This document shows, in pieces, positions 1 to 22,888 of a stretch of DNA of 57,319 nucleotides. Below the pieces are notes generated by a model. That model did not search any database. It was not told the origin of the DNA and saw nothing but the letters and a program-made list of their open reading frames with translations. A program made the translations under genes and the position numbers. Source of the stretch: Macrostomum lignano (lineage: Eukaryota); contig NIVC01004163.1 of NCBI GenBank assembly GCA_002269645.1, positions 1 to 57,319 on the forward strand. The letters run 5' to 3'. Each line of letters begins with the position of its first letter. Position 1 is the stretch's first letter.

Positions 1-3000
1 GCAGTGTGTAAGTCACCCACAGGCAGAGAGCTGCCCTGGCAGGAGGCGCGGGACAGAGAGGCCGGTGAATCACACCCACGGAGAGAGCCGTACAGCGAGC
101 TTCCCACCCGAGTCCGGTAAATATTACAGAGTATTACGTGCACACGCCAGCCCTGAATACCAAGCCATACTAGTCTACCTGCAGTGCTCCAGAGGGAAGG
201 GATGGTCAGGAGTTACACACCAAGAATGCATTCATACAAAGAGTACACAACTCGAGCCCAGACACCAAGTCACAGTCTACTTACAGTAGAGATGGTAGAT
301 TAATAGCAAGATTATATTACAATTAGACCTCCTAGCACATGAGGAGTGAAATTCAATAATAATTGAATTCAATAATATACAACATTTAGACGTAGTAATT
401 TAATTACAAAATACCACTAACACTGAGCCAACGAATTGTAGGTTACAAAGGAGTTGCCACTCATATGGAAAGCCAGTATAATGCAGGTGTATATTATTAA
501 AACATAGACAAAAACGATGCAGACGTATATACACACTATTGATTTTGTACATGTACATTTCGGCATATTACCACACATCGCAGGCACATATTATATATCG
601 GGGGATAGGTTAAAATACACACATCGTAGATGTAGAAGCAGACACAATGCAGAAAATTATGATACGAGTGTACATATTAGTGCGTAAAAGTATCATATTA
701 TGACACCCTGTAGCACATATTGACATAATGCAGGGGAAAATATTGACAGAAATAGTACACAATTGTAGAGGTAACAACCGCCAACTAGTAAGGGACATCC
801 AGCACTTGTTCAGGTTTTTATTATTCGAGACGAGTGTCATGCCCCCGCAAGAGATCTTATCAGAAATTTGTTGAACTCCACTGCAACTCTCCCAGAGCCT
901 CCAAATGTGAGTTTTAACCAGGGTCGAGTACAAAGGACCCGCCCACTCTAACCCCAAGGGTGATCGTAGCGGAGACCAAGTACAGTGCGGACGGAGAGGG
1001 GTAACAGAAAGCGCTGCATCAGACCGCAGGGCTGCATTCTCCCCCGAGGTAGGCGCGTCAGCTCCCACTCCTCATTTAACCATCAAGTAAACTAAAGAAG
1101 TCAAGCAGAAAGCCTTACAATCACCCGCAACCAGCACAAGTAAGAGTACTTTCCACTAGAGAGCCATAGTGCAAGATTCGCGAGCCAAGTTGAAGAAGCA
1201 CACCAAATTACACTAAAGACATATGTATTAAAAAGCATACCGGCACCTCTACAAAAACACAGTATGTACCGATTAAAGTTGCTTTTGGTGCAGTGTATTT
1301 AATAAAAAGCTGGTACCTAACACAAAAGTAGGCATCAATGCAGTGCACGGGCTAAACTGTATTTACAAACGCAGGGCAACGAACTACACACAATGTAGCG
1401 CATAGACATAATTGTACGCATAAATGTACGCAATTTCCGGTATATAGGACCAAATGTACACAATGTACACAAACACACACACACACACACACACACTCAG
1501 GCGCATCCTGCAGCGCATCCTGCAGCACGATCGCCGCAGGCGATGGCGCCATCGGCAGGAAGCTCTTGCTGTGAATACGCCTGAGTGTGTGTGTGTGTGT
1601 GTGTGTTTGTGTACATTGTGTACATTTGGTCCTATATACCGGAAATTGCGTACATTTATGCGTACAATTATGTCTATGCGCTACATTGTGTGTAGTTCGT
1701 TGCCCTGCGTTTGTAAATACAGTTTAGCCCGTGCACTGCATTGATGCCTACTTTTGTGTTAGGTACCAGCTTTTTATTAAATACACTGCACCAAAAGCAA
1801 CTTTAATCGGTACATACTGTGTTTTTGTAGAGGTGCCGGTATGTTTTTAATACATATGTCTTTAGTGTAATTTGGTGTGCTTCTTCAACTTGGCTCGCGA
1901 ATCTTGCACTATGGCTCTCTAGTGGAAAGTACTCTTACTTGTGCTGGTTGCGGGTGATTGTAAGGCTTTCTGCTTGACTTCTTTAGTTTACTTGATGGTT
2001 AAATGAGGAGTGGGAGCTGACGCGCCTACCTCGGGGGAGGAATGCAGCCCTGCGGTCTGATGCAGCGCTTTCTGTTACCCCTCTCCGTCCGCACTGTACT
2101 TGGTCTCCGCTACGATCACCCCTTGGGGTTAAGAGTGGGCGGGTCCTTTGTACTCGACCCTGGGTTAAAAACTCACATTTGGAGGCTCTGGGGAGAGTTG
2201 CAGTGGAGTTCAACAAATTTCTGATAAGATCTCTTGCGGGGGCATGACACTCGTCTCGAAATAATAAAAACCTGAACAAGTGCTGGATGTCCTTACTAGT
2301 TGGCGGGTTGTTACCTCTACAATTGTGTACTATTTCTGTCAATATTTTCCCCTGCATTATGTCAATATGTGCTACAGGGTGTCATAATATGATACTTTTA
2401 CGCACTAATATGTACACTCGTATCATAATTTTCCTGCATTGTGTCTGCTTCTACATCTACGATGTGTGTATTTTAACCTATCCCCGATATATAATATGTG
2501 CCTGCGATGTGTGGTAATATGCCGAAATGTACATGTACAAAATCAATAGTGTGTATATACGTCTGCATCGTTTTTGTCTATGTTTTAATAATATACACCT
2601 GCATTATACTGACTTTCCATATGAGTGACAACTCCTTTGTAACCTACAATTCGTTGGCTCAGTGTTAGTGGTATTTTGTAATTAAATTACTACGTCTAAA
2701 TGTTGTATTATTATTGAATTCAATTATTATTGAATTTCACTCCTCATGTGCTAGGAGGTCTAATTGTAATATAATCTTGCTATTAATCTACCATCTCTAC
2801 TGTAAGTAGACTGTGACTTGGTGTCTGGCTCGAGTTGTGTACTCTTTGTATGAATGCATTCTTGGTGTGTAACTCCTGACCATCCCTTCCCTCTGGGAGC
2901 ACTGCAGGTAGACTAGTATGGCTTGGTATTCAGGGCTGGCGTGTGCACGTAATACTCTGTAATATTTACCGGACTCGGGTGGGGAAGCTCGTTGTACGGC

Positions 3001-3091
3001 TCTCTCCGTGGGGTGTGATTCACCGCCTCTCTGTCCCGCGCCTCCTGCCAGGGTAGCTCTCTGTCCCTCGCGGGGGTGACTTACACACTGC
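1..3091. repeat. Long inverted repeat (arms 1-1503 and 1578-3091, 74-bp spacer); left arm cut by window edge
   Basis: Arms are reverse complements, e.g. 1441 tatataggaccaaatgtacac / 1618 gtgtacatttggtcctatata, and 1 gcagtgtgtaagtcac / ~3076 gtgacttacacactgc. (CA)n and (TG)n flank the spacer. A few transitions and homopolymer indels distinguish the arms. Confidence 0.97.
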
Positions 3092-6062
3092 CTCTCTGTC
3101 CCGCGCCGCGTGCTGCGACATGCCGGGTAGCGTCCTCTATCTCCTACTGCCTCCACGCACTCTCTGTCCCCCTCCTGCTACAGGAGGGCTGGTTGCTCGC
3201 TGTACAGGGCAGCGTCAGCATCTGGGTTTCCTTCCTGCACCGTCTACCCCACCACTATACTGACTAACCGCATGCACACGACATTGGTGGGAGGGGCTGA
3301 GTTCCCACTGACGGGTGTACACCTACTCGACGCTGAAGGTACACTTGCTGAACGCCCACCCTGTCAGATGTACACTTGCTGAACACCCATCCTGTCAGAT
3401 GTACACTCGCTGGACGCCCACCCTGCCGGATGTACACCCCGCCGTCCCTTCCCTCCAGGAGCACTGCAAGTAGACTAGTATGGCTTGGTATTCGGAGTTG
3501 GCGTGTGTACGTAATATACTCTTTGTAATATTTACTTGACCTGGGTTTGTAAGTTCTAATAACATATAAATGACTACTGCTGACTAGTTGACGCATCTGG
3601 ATGGTGTGATAAAAACTAGTAACGTACCGCGATTTCGAGAGAAATCCTAGCACAATACTGTTCTGTCCGGCATGTGGAAAAGTATTTGCCCCGCCTTCGC
3701 TTACTCATACTGCACACAGACAAAGCTTATCTCTATTAGCAATCTGTTCGTGGTGGTTTAGAAGGATACTGTCTTCCTGTATATAGCTCTCTATCCCTTC
3801 ATCACTCGTAATAACTTCATAAATGCTCGCTTGACCAATGGCTGGTACTGAACTAATAATTCATACGATACATAATGGTTAATACTTTCTAACTCCGTAC
3901 AGCTCACAAGTTTCTACTCTCTACCTTATCAGTAACATTAAAATAAAAAGGTAAAATTTGCTGGTTTTGTGCCTTGTTTGCTTACTTTTCTATTAAAATA
4001 CTTGCGGTTTATAATTGAAAATGTCTGCTTTTTATTCAATTTTATGTGGTTTGAAGGTTTATTTTTGCTAAAATGCCTGGTTTCTTATAAAAATTTCTAC
4101 TCTCGACAATGATTGTGTCAGCTATTTCATTAAAATAACCTACTTTTGAATAAAACGTTGTATTTAAGCCCTAGTTTTTTTTCAAAACATAATGGAAACC
4201 CTCACAACGCCCTTGGAACCTCCTCAAGCAGCTTACATAGAGCATGCAGACCCCGAAACCCCCTCTAGTGTGCCCTGATTTCAGCGGTCTGACGGTTAAG
4301 ATCTGTATTTTTACACTATATTTTCCTTCATGCAGCAATACAGGAGGGTTTGGTAGAGTGAGTCTGGCGGGAGAGGGGGCTTGTGGGGTGATGAGGATGC
4401 GTACACACAGTTTAGCCTGTTTTAGTCTACCTTTTGGGCTAATATGCTTACTATTATTACTACTATTATACCTACTATGTACATACTATTATACTACCCA
4501 CTATTAAACATGTTGCACTAAAACCAACTTTTGAAAATACATAGCGTGTTTTGGTCGATTCTCCCTCACGTCTCTGTCCCTACACATGTGCTCTGCTCGC
4601 TTTGGTCTCTGCTTGTGTACCTCTCTGTAACGTCTCTGTATGCTCTGACTGGTTTCTCCGTCCCCGCACGCGCCGCTACTAAAGTTTGCTGTTACCTACC
4701 CCTACACACTGCTCTCTGTCTCCCTCCGCGCACACCTCTCTGGCCTTGCATGCAACTTGCATGTCTGCTCCCCTGTCCTGCCCTCGCGTGGCTCCCTGCC
4801 TATACATAGCTACAGGACCCTACCTCTGTGCCTTGCTCGAACTCTGTCCCAGGCCCCCCTTCATACTTCTCTGTCCCGGGCTGCAACTGGCTGACACGCG
4901 CCTCTCTGTTCCCCAGCCTGCGTGGCTGCCTACCCCTGCACACTGCTCTCTGTCCCCCTCCGCGCCTCTCTATCATCCTATTCCTGCAGCTGACCGTGCC
5001 GTTCAGCTCTGTCCACGCACGGCTCCACCCCTGCCCGTGTCTCACTGTACCGCCCTGTGTGGCTCCCTTACCCTGCGCGTTTGCTTCCTATCTCCCTCCT
5101 GCTCCATATGTTTCTGTTCCCTCACACTACGCACACGTGGCTGGCTCTCTGTCCAAACACATCTCTGCTCCTCCACTCTATCCTCGCGTGGCCCCTTGAC
5201 GGTTCGCATGCCCCTGCATACCCAGCCTGCCTCTCTGTCCCCTGCAACTGGGAGGGAGCTCTCTATCCTCTGTATGGCTTTCTCTGTGGGGTGTGTGTGA
5301 CTCACACTACCTCTCTGTCCTAGCATGCGCCTCTCTATCCGGCTCCTGCAGCAGGCTGTGTTATTCACATCTCTTTCCACCCACCCTCTGCCCGTACACG
5401 CTCAGTGTACAGGGCTGCGTCAGCATCGGGGTTAAAACTTCTCGCTCCCTATGCTTCAACAGTATAACAACCTAGTGGCTGGTTCTCTGTCCGCGCCACC
5501 CCTCTCTGCCCGTACACTCTCACTGTACAGGGCTGCGTCAGCGTTAGGGTTGAAACTTCTCGCTCCCTATACCCCACAACCGTGTAGTGTCCTAGTATGG
5601 GCGCGACCTGGGTTCGATTTCGCTAGTTGAGATGTAGGTGAGAGAGGAAGAGGCCCGTATCGATGACTACATATCGGTGTACACACATATCGGGGGAGTG
5701 TACACTCGGGGCGCCTGCTGCATACATATCGGTGTACATATAGGGAGAGTGCGCATACATATCGGGAGGGGCGCCTGAGACGGGGAGGGCGCCTGCGGCA
5801 TACATGTCGGGGGAGGGCGCGTGCGGCGGGGAGGGGCGCCTGCTGCATGGGCGCCTGCGGCTCGGGTGGGTGCGCTTGGGATCTGATTGATTTGGGATCT
5901 GATTGATTTGGGATCTGATTGATTTATTGGGATCTAATATCGGTAGGTGCGCCTGCGGCTGGGGAGGGTCGCCTGCGGCGCTTGGCGCCTGCGGCGCTTG
6001 GCGCCTGCGGCGCGCGCGCGCGCGCCGAGCGCCGATATCGATACGGGTATCGATCACCTAGT
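3092..6062. mobile_element. Non-coding composite repeat, possibly a non-autonomous DNA/rolling-circle element
   Basis: Diverged internal duplications (3440-3530 vs 2880-2975; 5386-5451 vs 5503-5570), ~15 ctctgtcc motifs, GC-rich hairpin cluster at 5950-6015, and a hairpin followed by CTAG|T at 6038-6063. No transposase ORF. Confidence 0.35.
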
Positions 6063-6134
6063 GATCGGGGCGCCAGCCAATGAGAGGCGAGGAGGGTTGA
6101 CACCCACCTCACCTCCAAAATCAACACTTACGGA

Positions 6135-7015
6135 ATCCCTTAGTAGTGAGATATGAAGGAAGAGAGAGGGGAATGAGAGAGCAAAGATGAGAGTGAACAG
6201 ACGATATAAGAGAGGAGAGAGGAGAGTGGAGAGAGAAGAGAGAAGACAAGAGAGGGAGAGAGTATAGAAGAGAGAAGAGAAGAGACGAGAAGAAAGAAGA
6301 AAGGAAAGAGAGTCCTGAGTCAAAAAAGGGGAAAGAGAGGAGTACAAGAGGAGAGAGGTGAGAGAACATATGAGAGTAAATATGACAGATGAGAGAGGGG
6401 AGATGAGAGAGCAGAAACGAGAGTGAACAGACGAGAGATGGGAGAGTAGAGAGAAAAGAGGAGAGATAAGAGATGAGAGATGAGAGGTGGAGACAAGGGA
6501 GAGATGAGAAGTGAGTGAGGAGAGAGGAGGGGAAGGGAGAGAATCAAGAGGACAGGGGAGAGAGGAGAGAAAAGAGGGGAGAGATTAGAGAGAAGAGAGA
6601 TAGGACAGGAGAGAGGAGAGAGATGAGAGGAGAGAGAGAGGGGGGAGGAGAGAGAGCAGAGAGAAATGAGAAAAGATAAGAGAAAGAGAAGATAAAAGAA
6701 GAGAAGTGAGAGACAAGGGAGCAAAGACGAGAGAGAAGGGAGGTGAGGGAAGAGACGATAGAAGAGATGAGAGGAGAGAGTGGACAGAGGAGAGGAGAGA
6801 GTAGAGAGAAGAGAGGAAAAAGGAGCGAGTAGAGATGAGGGAAGTGTTGAGAGAGGGTAGAGTAAGGAATGAGAAGAAGGGAGAGGGAAGAGAGAGTAGA
6901 GAGCAGAGAGAAATGAGAAGAGATAAAAGATGAGAAAGGAGAGATAACAGACCATAGACCAGAGAAGAGAGAGGAGAGAGAAGATAGGAAACAGAAAAGA
7001 AGATGGAAGTTTCAA
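6135..7015. repeat. GA-rich polypurine low-complexity tract (~880 bp)
   Basis: Plus strand almost entirely A/G, built from degenerate gagag/gaag words. Confidence 0.95.
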
Positions 7016-7269
7016 AGGATGCAGGGGACACAGGGAGAGGCAAAGGTAGAGGCCAGAGTTTGCCTGACATTCTGCGCAGCACCCCAGCCAACAATATCAA
7101 TGCTTGCTTCAAATCCTAATTTTACACGAATGTACTCTATTTTATGTTTAACTCTCTTCTAACTATTAACAAGTTTTTGTTTGAGTTTGACCTCAGATTT
7201 TAGAATCTGAGACACGCAAAACTAATTCCCCGGGTTCAAAATCTGCGGGTTTCAACAGCTTGTAAATCC

Positions 7270-7400
7270 TAAATTTAACTCTCAAATCCCGAGATTAACT
7301 TCTAAATCTCAAGATTAACTCTCAAATCCCGAGATTAACTTCTAAATCTCAAGATTAACTCATAAATCCTAAATTTAACTCCCAAATCCCGAGATTAACT
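7270..7400. repeat. ~20-bp minisatellite (aaatcccgagattaacttct)
   Basis: About 6 diverged copies just downstream of the last ROCO exon found. Confidence 0.8.
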
Positions 7401-7412
7401 TCAAATCCGCAC

Positions 7413-18049
<10,637 letters not shown>

Positions 18050-20042
18050 TTTGATTCGCTCCTTCCCTGATAGCCTCGGCAGGTGCCGGGCGGGCTCAGA
18101 AATTTGCAGATAATTGCCGAGTAGGAGTGCAGACCCCGCACATCACTGGCCATCTATAATTATGATTATAAATTGAATAGTATTCAGTAGTAGACAACTA
18201 GCACAAGTCTAACAAATTTGCCTCTACATGTGATGAGTTGCTTTACTTAGATAAGAATATCAAAAGCAGTGGAGGGAAGTCAGGTGAATACTTACTAAAA
18301 GGCTTAAAGTCCTATTCACATATTTTTCTTCAATATAAATTTGTCCACTTTTGAGATAGACAAGGCCAATGAATTGAACTTATATAAGCTAGCTCATATA
18401 TTGACTCCTTAATACTAATTAATATTTTAGCCGATTGATTAGCATGAAATGTATTTCCCAAGATTGTACAAAGACTAAAGTTTATTATTGTAGACAGAGA
18501 ATTATAATATGGTTCATACACTGTATTGTAAAACCTAAATAGTATATAAAAATTAAGGCCACAATGAAAGTATACAAAATGAGCTTAACTTTATCATCAA
18601 TCAAAGCAAAAAGCATGCATCCATTCGAAAACTGCTGCAAGTCTGCTTTGTTAATATTGCATTTAAAAAATAATTTATAATTATACAAGTAGCAATAATT
18701 TTGATTTTAACTAATTCTATCTCAATTAACTTTGGAAATTTTTTAGAATAACATTTAAAACTAATAGTTTTAATTGATTTGCAGTTTATATGCATAGCAG
18801 AACTAATAGGAACAGTTTTTTTATACATTCCTAAAAATAAAAATTCTAAATTTTGTTATCTGTCAATTTCTTTAAGAATGCTAGAATGGCTAAGTCCCAA
18901 AAATTTTACGATTAACATCAATTGTCATTCATTTAAACCGAAAAAATAGGAGTTTATTATTCAGCAATCTAAAAACTAGAGCGCACGATATTCAATTCAT
19001 AGAGTCAGACAAATTTCTCCAAAAAATATTGCCTCTAACCGAACCACAATGTAAAACATTCAGATTTCTAGTAAAATTCTGTGAATGAAATACTTTTAAA
19101 ATAATACGCATTTTATAACAAAAACGTATATTAAGTCGTCGTAATTTAAAAAATAGGTTTACATTTTTATTGTTTTGTAATTAAATTACTTTATTTAAGT
19201 AATTTTAAAAGCTAAGAGCAAACAAAGCTATTTTTACACCAAGCAAGACAGGCGTATGCAAAAACGATTTCTCCATACGCCTCAGGACTACACTAGACAC
19301 AAACTCACTGACCTAGTGAATAGACTACACTAAGAAGATAGAAGCTTATTGGCCTCCATTTTTTTCGTTTTACGCCCCTTAGTATTTAATAGTCCCCTAG
19401 CATGACACGCCTACGAGTTTACGAAGAATGAATGCTTGTTTTTGGTATACGGATGCCATGAGTTCATGACACTTTAACACACACTTTGACACAATATCCT
19501 TTCGGAAGACAAGAGTTTGTTCTAAAATTCCAAATCGGCACTCTTTTTCAATGTGGGATGCCAGTGAAATATGTGAAAATAATGTAATAGTTATTAAAAA
19601 TATAAGCTTTCTGTAAAAGTCATCCAACACGTCCCTGGGTTCCTCCTCCATGACTCATCGAATGCCACTCTCGTTCCTTCTCTATGACTCATCGACCGCC
19701 ACTTTCCGTTCCTCCACCCCCCTCATCGACCGCCACTCTCCTTGCCTTCATGCGACTGTCTCTGAGCAGTCTGATGAGAAACTAACAAAAGATAGTGTAT
19801 GGTAGCAATACCCCCCCTTATCTAGGACAGACCAATCCCAATGAATGCAAATAATAATGCGGAGGCATTTTGTGAAAAGCATATTTTGTGTGCTAATGCA
19901 TGCAGGTGAATATTGGGAGACTTTAATTCAAGCAAAACGATGTTACACAAAAGATCAGTCATAAATATATTGTCTGCTTGGACATCTAATTAGAGGTCGA
20001 CTTGCGACCTCAGCAATTTTGATCCAACGTTGAAAAACTTCA

Positions 20043-21075
20043 TCAGGAAGTGACGGCCTCGCTCCACTCCCACAGCAGGTCCTCGTTGGCAAGAAGCGAC
20101 GTTTCCGCTGATGTCGGCTTCGACCTGCCGTCATAAAAGTACAGACCGCTTTTGTCTTCATAGGGCGGCACGCCCGCGGCAATGTTAAACATGTGACCGG
20201 CGGCCTCCTGCGGAGTGCGGGTGATCCGGCAGCAGCAGCAGAAACCGCTGAAGCAGCAGATAAAGAAGCAGCGCATGCAGCCACGAAAAAATCCGGTTGT
20301 TGGGATGAAGCCAGGATGCAGCGCGTTCACGTACACGCCGGTGCCCTCCAGCATCCTGGCCAGCTTGCGGCAGTGCAGGATGTTCATCGCCTTCGAGTTC
20401 TTGTAAGCCTGGCTGCCGCTGTAAGCCCCCGGTTTCTCCATAAACAGGTCATCAAAGTCCAGCGGCTTGACCCTAAACGTGTAAGTGTGATAATCCGAGC
20501 TCACGATGAGGACCCGGGCGGCTCCGTGGCGGCTCGCAGTGTCCTTCAGAGTCTGGAGCAGCATCTTGGTGAGCAGGAAGTGGCCCAGATGGTTTGTCGC
20601 GATCGTCATCTCGTGGCCTTTGGAGTTCAGATTTCGCTGCTGCCTTGAGAACTCCTCAGCGTAGCCGGCGTTGTTGATGAGCACGTCCAGTCGGGAGAAC
20701 TTGGCGAGGAATTCGCTGACGAACTTCCTCACCGAGTCGTAGTCGCTCAGGTCGAGCTGAAAGTCAAAGAAGTCGAGAGAAAGTCCCGATTAGTTGAGAA
20801 GCTGCTCACACTGCTCATCTATCGGTACGCGCAGCAGCTCACTGACACGGAAAGCGCGGTGCTTGAGTACTCACCTGCATCGGCACGAAGGAGCCGCTGC
20901 TCTTCAGTGAAGTGGTTTCGTTCTGCATAGCCGCGACCGCCTGGTTGGCCCGGTCCAGACTCCGGCACGCCATCACAACGATGAAGCCGCTGGAGGCGAG
21001 CAGCTTGGTGACCTCCAGACCGATGCCAGAGTTCGCGCCCGTGACAATCGCCACTTTGCTTTCGTTCGTAGCCAT
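20043..21075 (-). CDS. Short-chain dehydrogenase/reductase (retinol dehydrogenase/WWOX-like), copy A, 304 aa
   Basis: Exons 20875-21075 and 20043-20756. Motifs TGANSGIG, NNAG, TNHLGHFLLT, YKNSK and HPG; GTGAGT donor and TTTCAG acceptor. Confidence 0.93.
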
Positions 21076-21848
21076 GCGCTTTTGGCATGAATGAGACGGA
21101 ATTGTGCAGACAGAGGTGCCGCTCAAGCCATTTCTGATGCAAACTGAATCGTAAAAGTATATAGAAACCACAAATCAACAAGGAGAAACAATATTTGAAG
21201 TCAGTTCTGCATCTCAATCATTTATGAGTTCAATTTCGTAATTTATTTTTTCCTGGATTTATGAAAAAGCATCGCAAAGCAAGCAGTACTGTGTGCTCTC
21301 ATAGATAAGTACAGCGCGTTCTGCATGCAGCGAGCTCGGCCGCTGTTGATAGTCGAATAGCCGAAGATTACCGGTACAGCTTGAAAATTAAGGTTTGCTT
21401 AAGGAGAGCATTCACTGTAGATAAGGTCGGCCAGAAGCGGCCTCCGCGGTGTGTTTACAAAGTGCTTTAATAGCAGGCTGACATGCTTAAAGCAGACCCC
21501 GGTCGCTTTACCGAGCCCAAAACTTCACGTCGTTGAAAACTCCTGCCGTTCACTCTCAACCTATTCGACAAATCGACTATGAATTTTCGAGCCTGTGAAG
21601 TTACCAAAAACATGACTTTCATTAGCACATGAAACAATAGGGTTAGATATAAAAAATGATCGAAAAGAATATAAAAATGCTTAAAAAATCACTAATGCCA
21701 GCTAATTCGCATGGTTTTATAAAAATATTCACATTGAATGGTCAATCTATGACTGCATAGTTGTTGGATACAAGAGAAATGATTGGCAAGCCACAAAATG
21801 GCACCTTATTGCTTGTAAAAAAGACAATTTCTAAGAACACATCCCGCC

Positions 21849-22888
21849 CTAATCGGTGACCGCCTCGCTCCATTCCCAAATCCGGTCCTCGTTGGCCGGC
21901 AGCGACGCCTCCTCAGATACGTCGCGAGCCCTGCCGTCATAAAAGTACAGACCGCTCTTGTCATTGTAAGGCGGCACACCTGCGGCGATGTTGAACATGT
22001 GCTCGGCGGCCTCCTGCGGAGTGCGGGTAATCCGGCAGCAGCAGCAGAAACCGCTGAAGCAGCAGACGCAGAAGCACTGGGTGCACTTGCTGTAATCTCG
22101 CATGATGTTGGTAGTGGGGATGAAGCCAGGATGCAGCGCATTTACGTACACGCCGGTGCCCTCCAGAATCCTGGCCAGCTTGCGGCAGTGCAGGATGTTC
22201 ATCGTCTTGGAGCTCTTGTATGCCTGGGCGCCGCTGAACGAGCCCGGCCTCTCCATAAACAGGTCGTCAAAGTCCAGACCGTGGAAGCCAACCTGCACTT
22301 TGTGCATGTCCGAGCTCACGATGAGGATCCGAGCAGCTCCGTGGCGGCTCGCTGTGTCCTTCAGAGTCTGGAGCAGCAGCTTGGTGAGCAGGAAGTGGCC
22401 CAAGTGGTTTGTCGCAATCGTCATCTCGTGGCCTTTGGAGTTCAGGCGACGATTCTTAATGGTGACGTCTTCCGTGTAGCCGGCGTTGTTGATGAGCACG
22501 TCCAGTCGGGAGAACTTGGCGAGGAATTCGCTGACGAACTTCCTCACCGAGTCGTAGTCGCTCAGGTCGAGCTGAAAGTCAGAAGTCGAGAGAAAGTCAC
22601 GAGGAGTTGAGAAGCTGCTCACACTGCTCATCTATTGGTACGCGCAGCAGCTCACTGACACGGAAAGCGCGGTGCTTGAGCACTCACCCGAATCGGCACG
22701 AAGGAGCCACTGCTCTTCAGCGAAGTGGTTTCGTTTTGCATGGCTGAGACCGCTTGATTGGCCCGGTCCAGACTCCGGCACGCCATCACAACAATGAAGC
22801 CGCTGGAGGCGAGCAGCTTGGAGACCTCCAGCCCGATACCGGAGTTCGCGCCCGTGACAATCGCCACCTCATTCTCGTGGCTTGGCAT
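21849..22888 (-). CDS. Short-chain dehydrogenase/reductase, copy B, 307 aa
   Basis: Exons 22688-22888 and 21849-22571; same motifs (YKSSK); tandem paralog of copy A. Confidence 0.93.

Noticed and set aside
1504-1577. SMRTbell adapter or telomere repeat at the palindrome centre
   Set aside because: Neither the ATCTCTCTC...GAGAGAGAT adapter nor (TTAGGG)n is present.
6140-6150. AGTAGT as a Polinton terminus
   Set aside because: Six bases only; no matching opposite terminus and no PolB or integrase in the window.
19397-19651. 84-aa minus-strand ORF
   Set aside because: AT-rich, no recognisable motif, and starts within a small degenerate repeat.
19745-19790. Hammerhead ribozyme (CTGATGA..GAAA)
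   Set aside because: No stem II between the core motifs and no convincing stems I or III.
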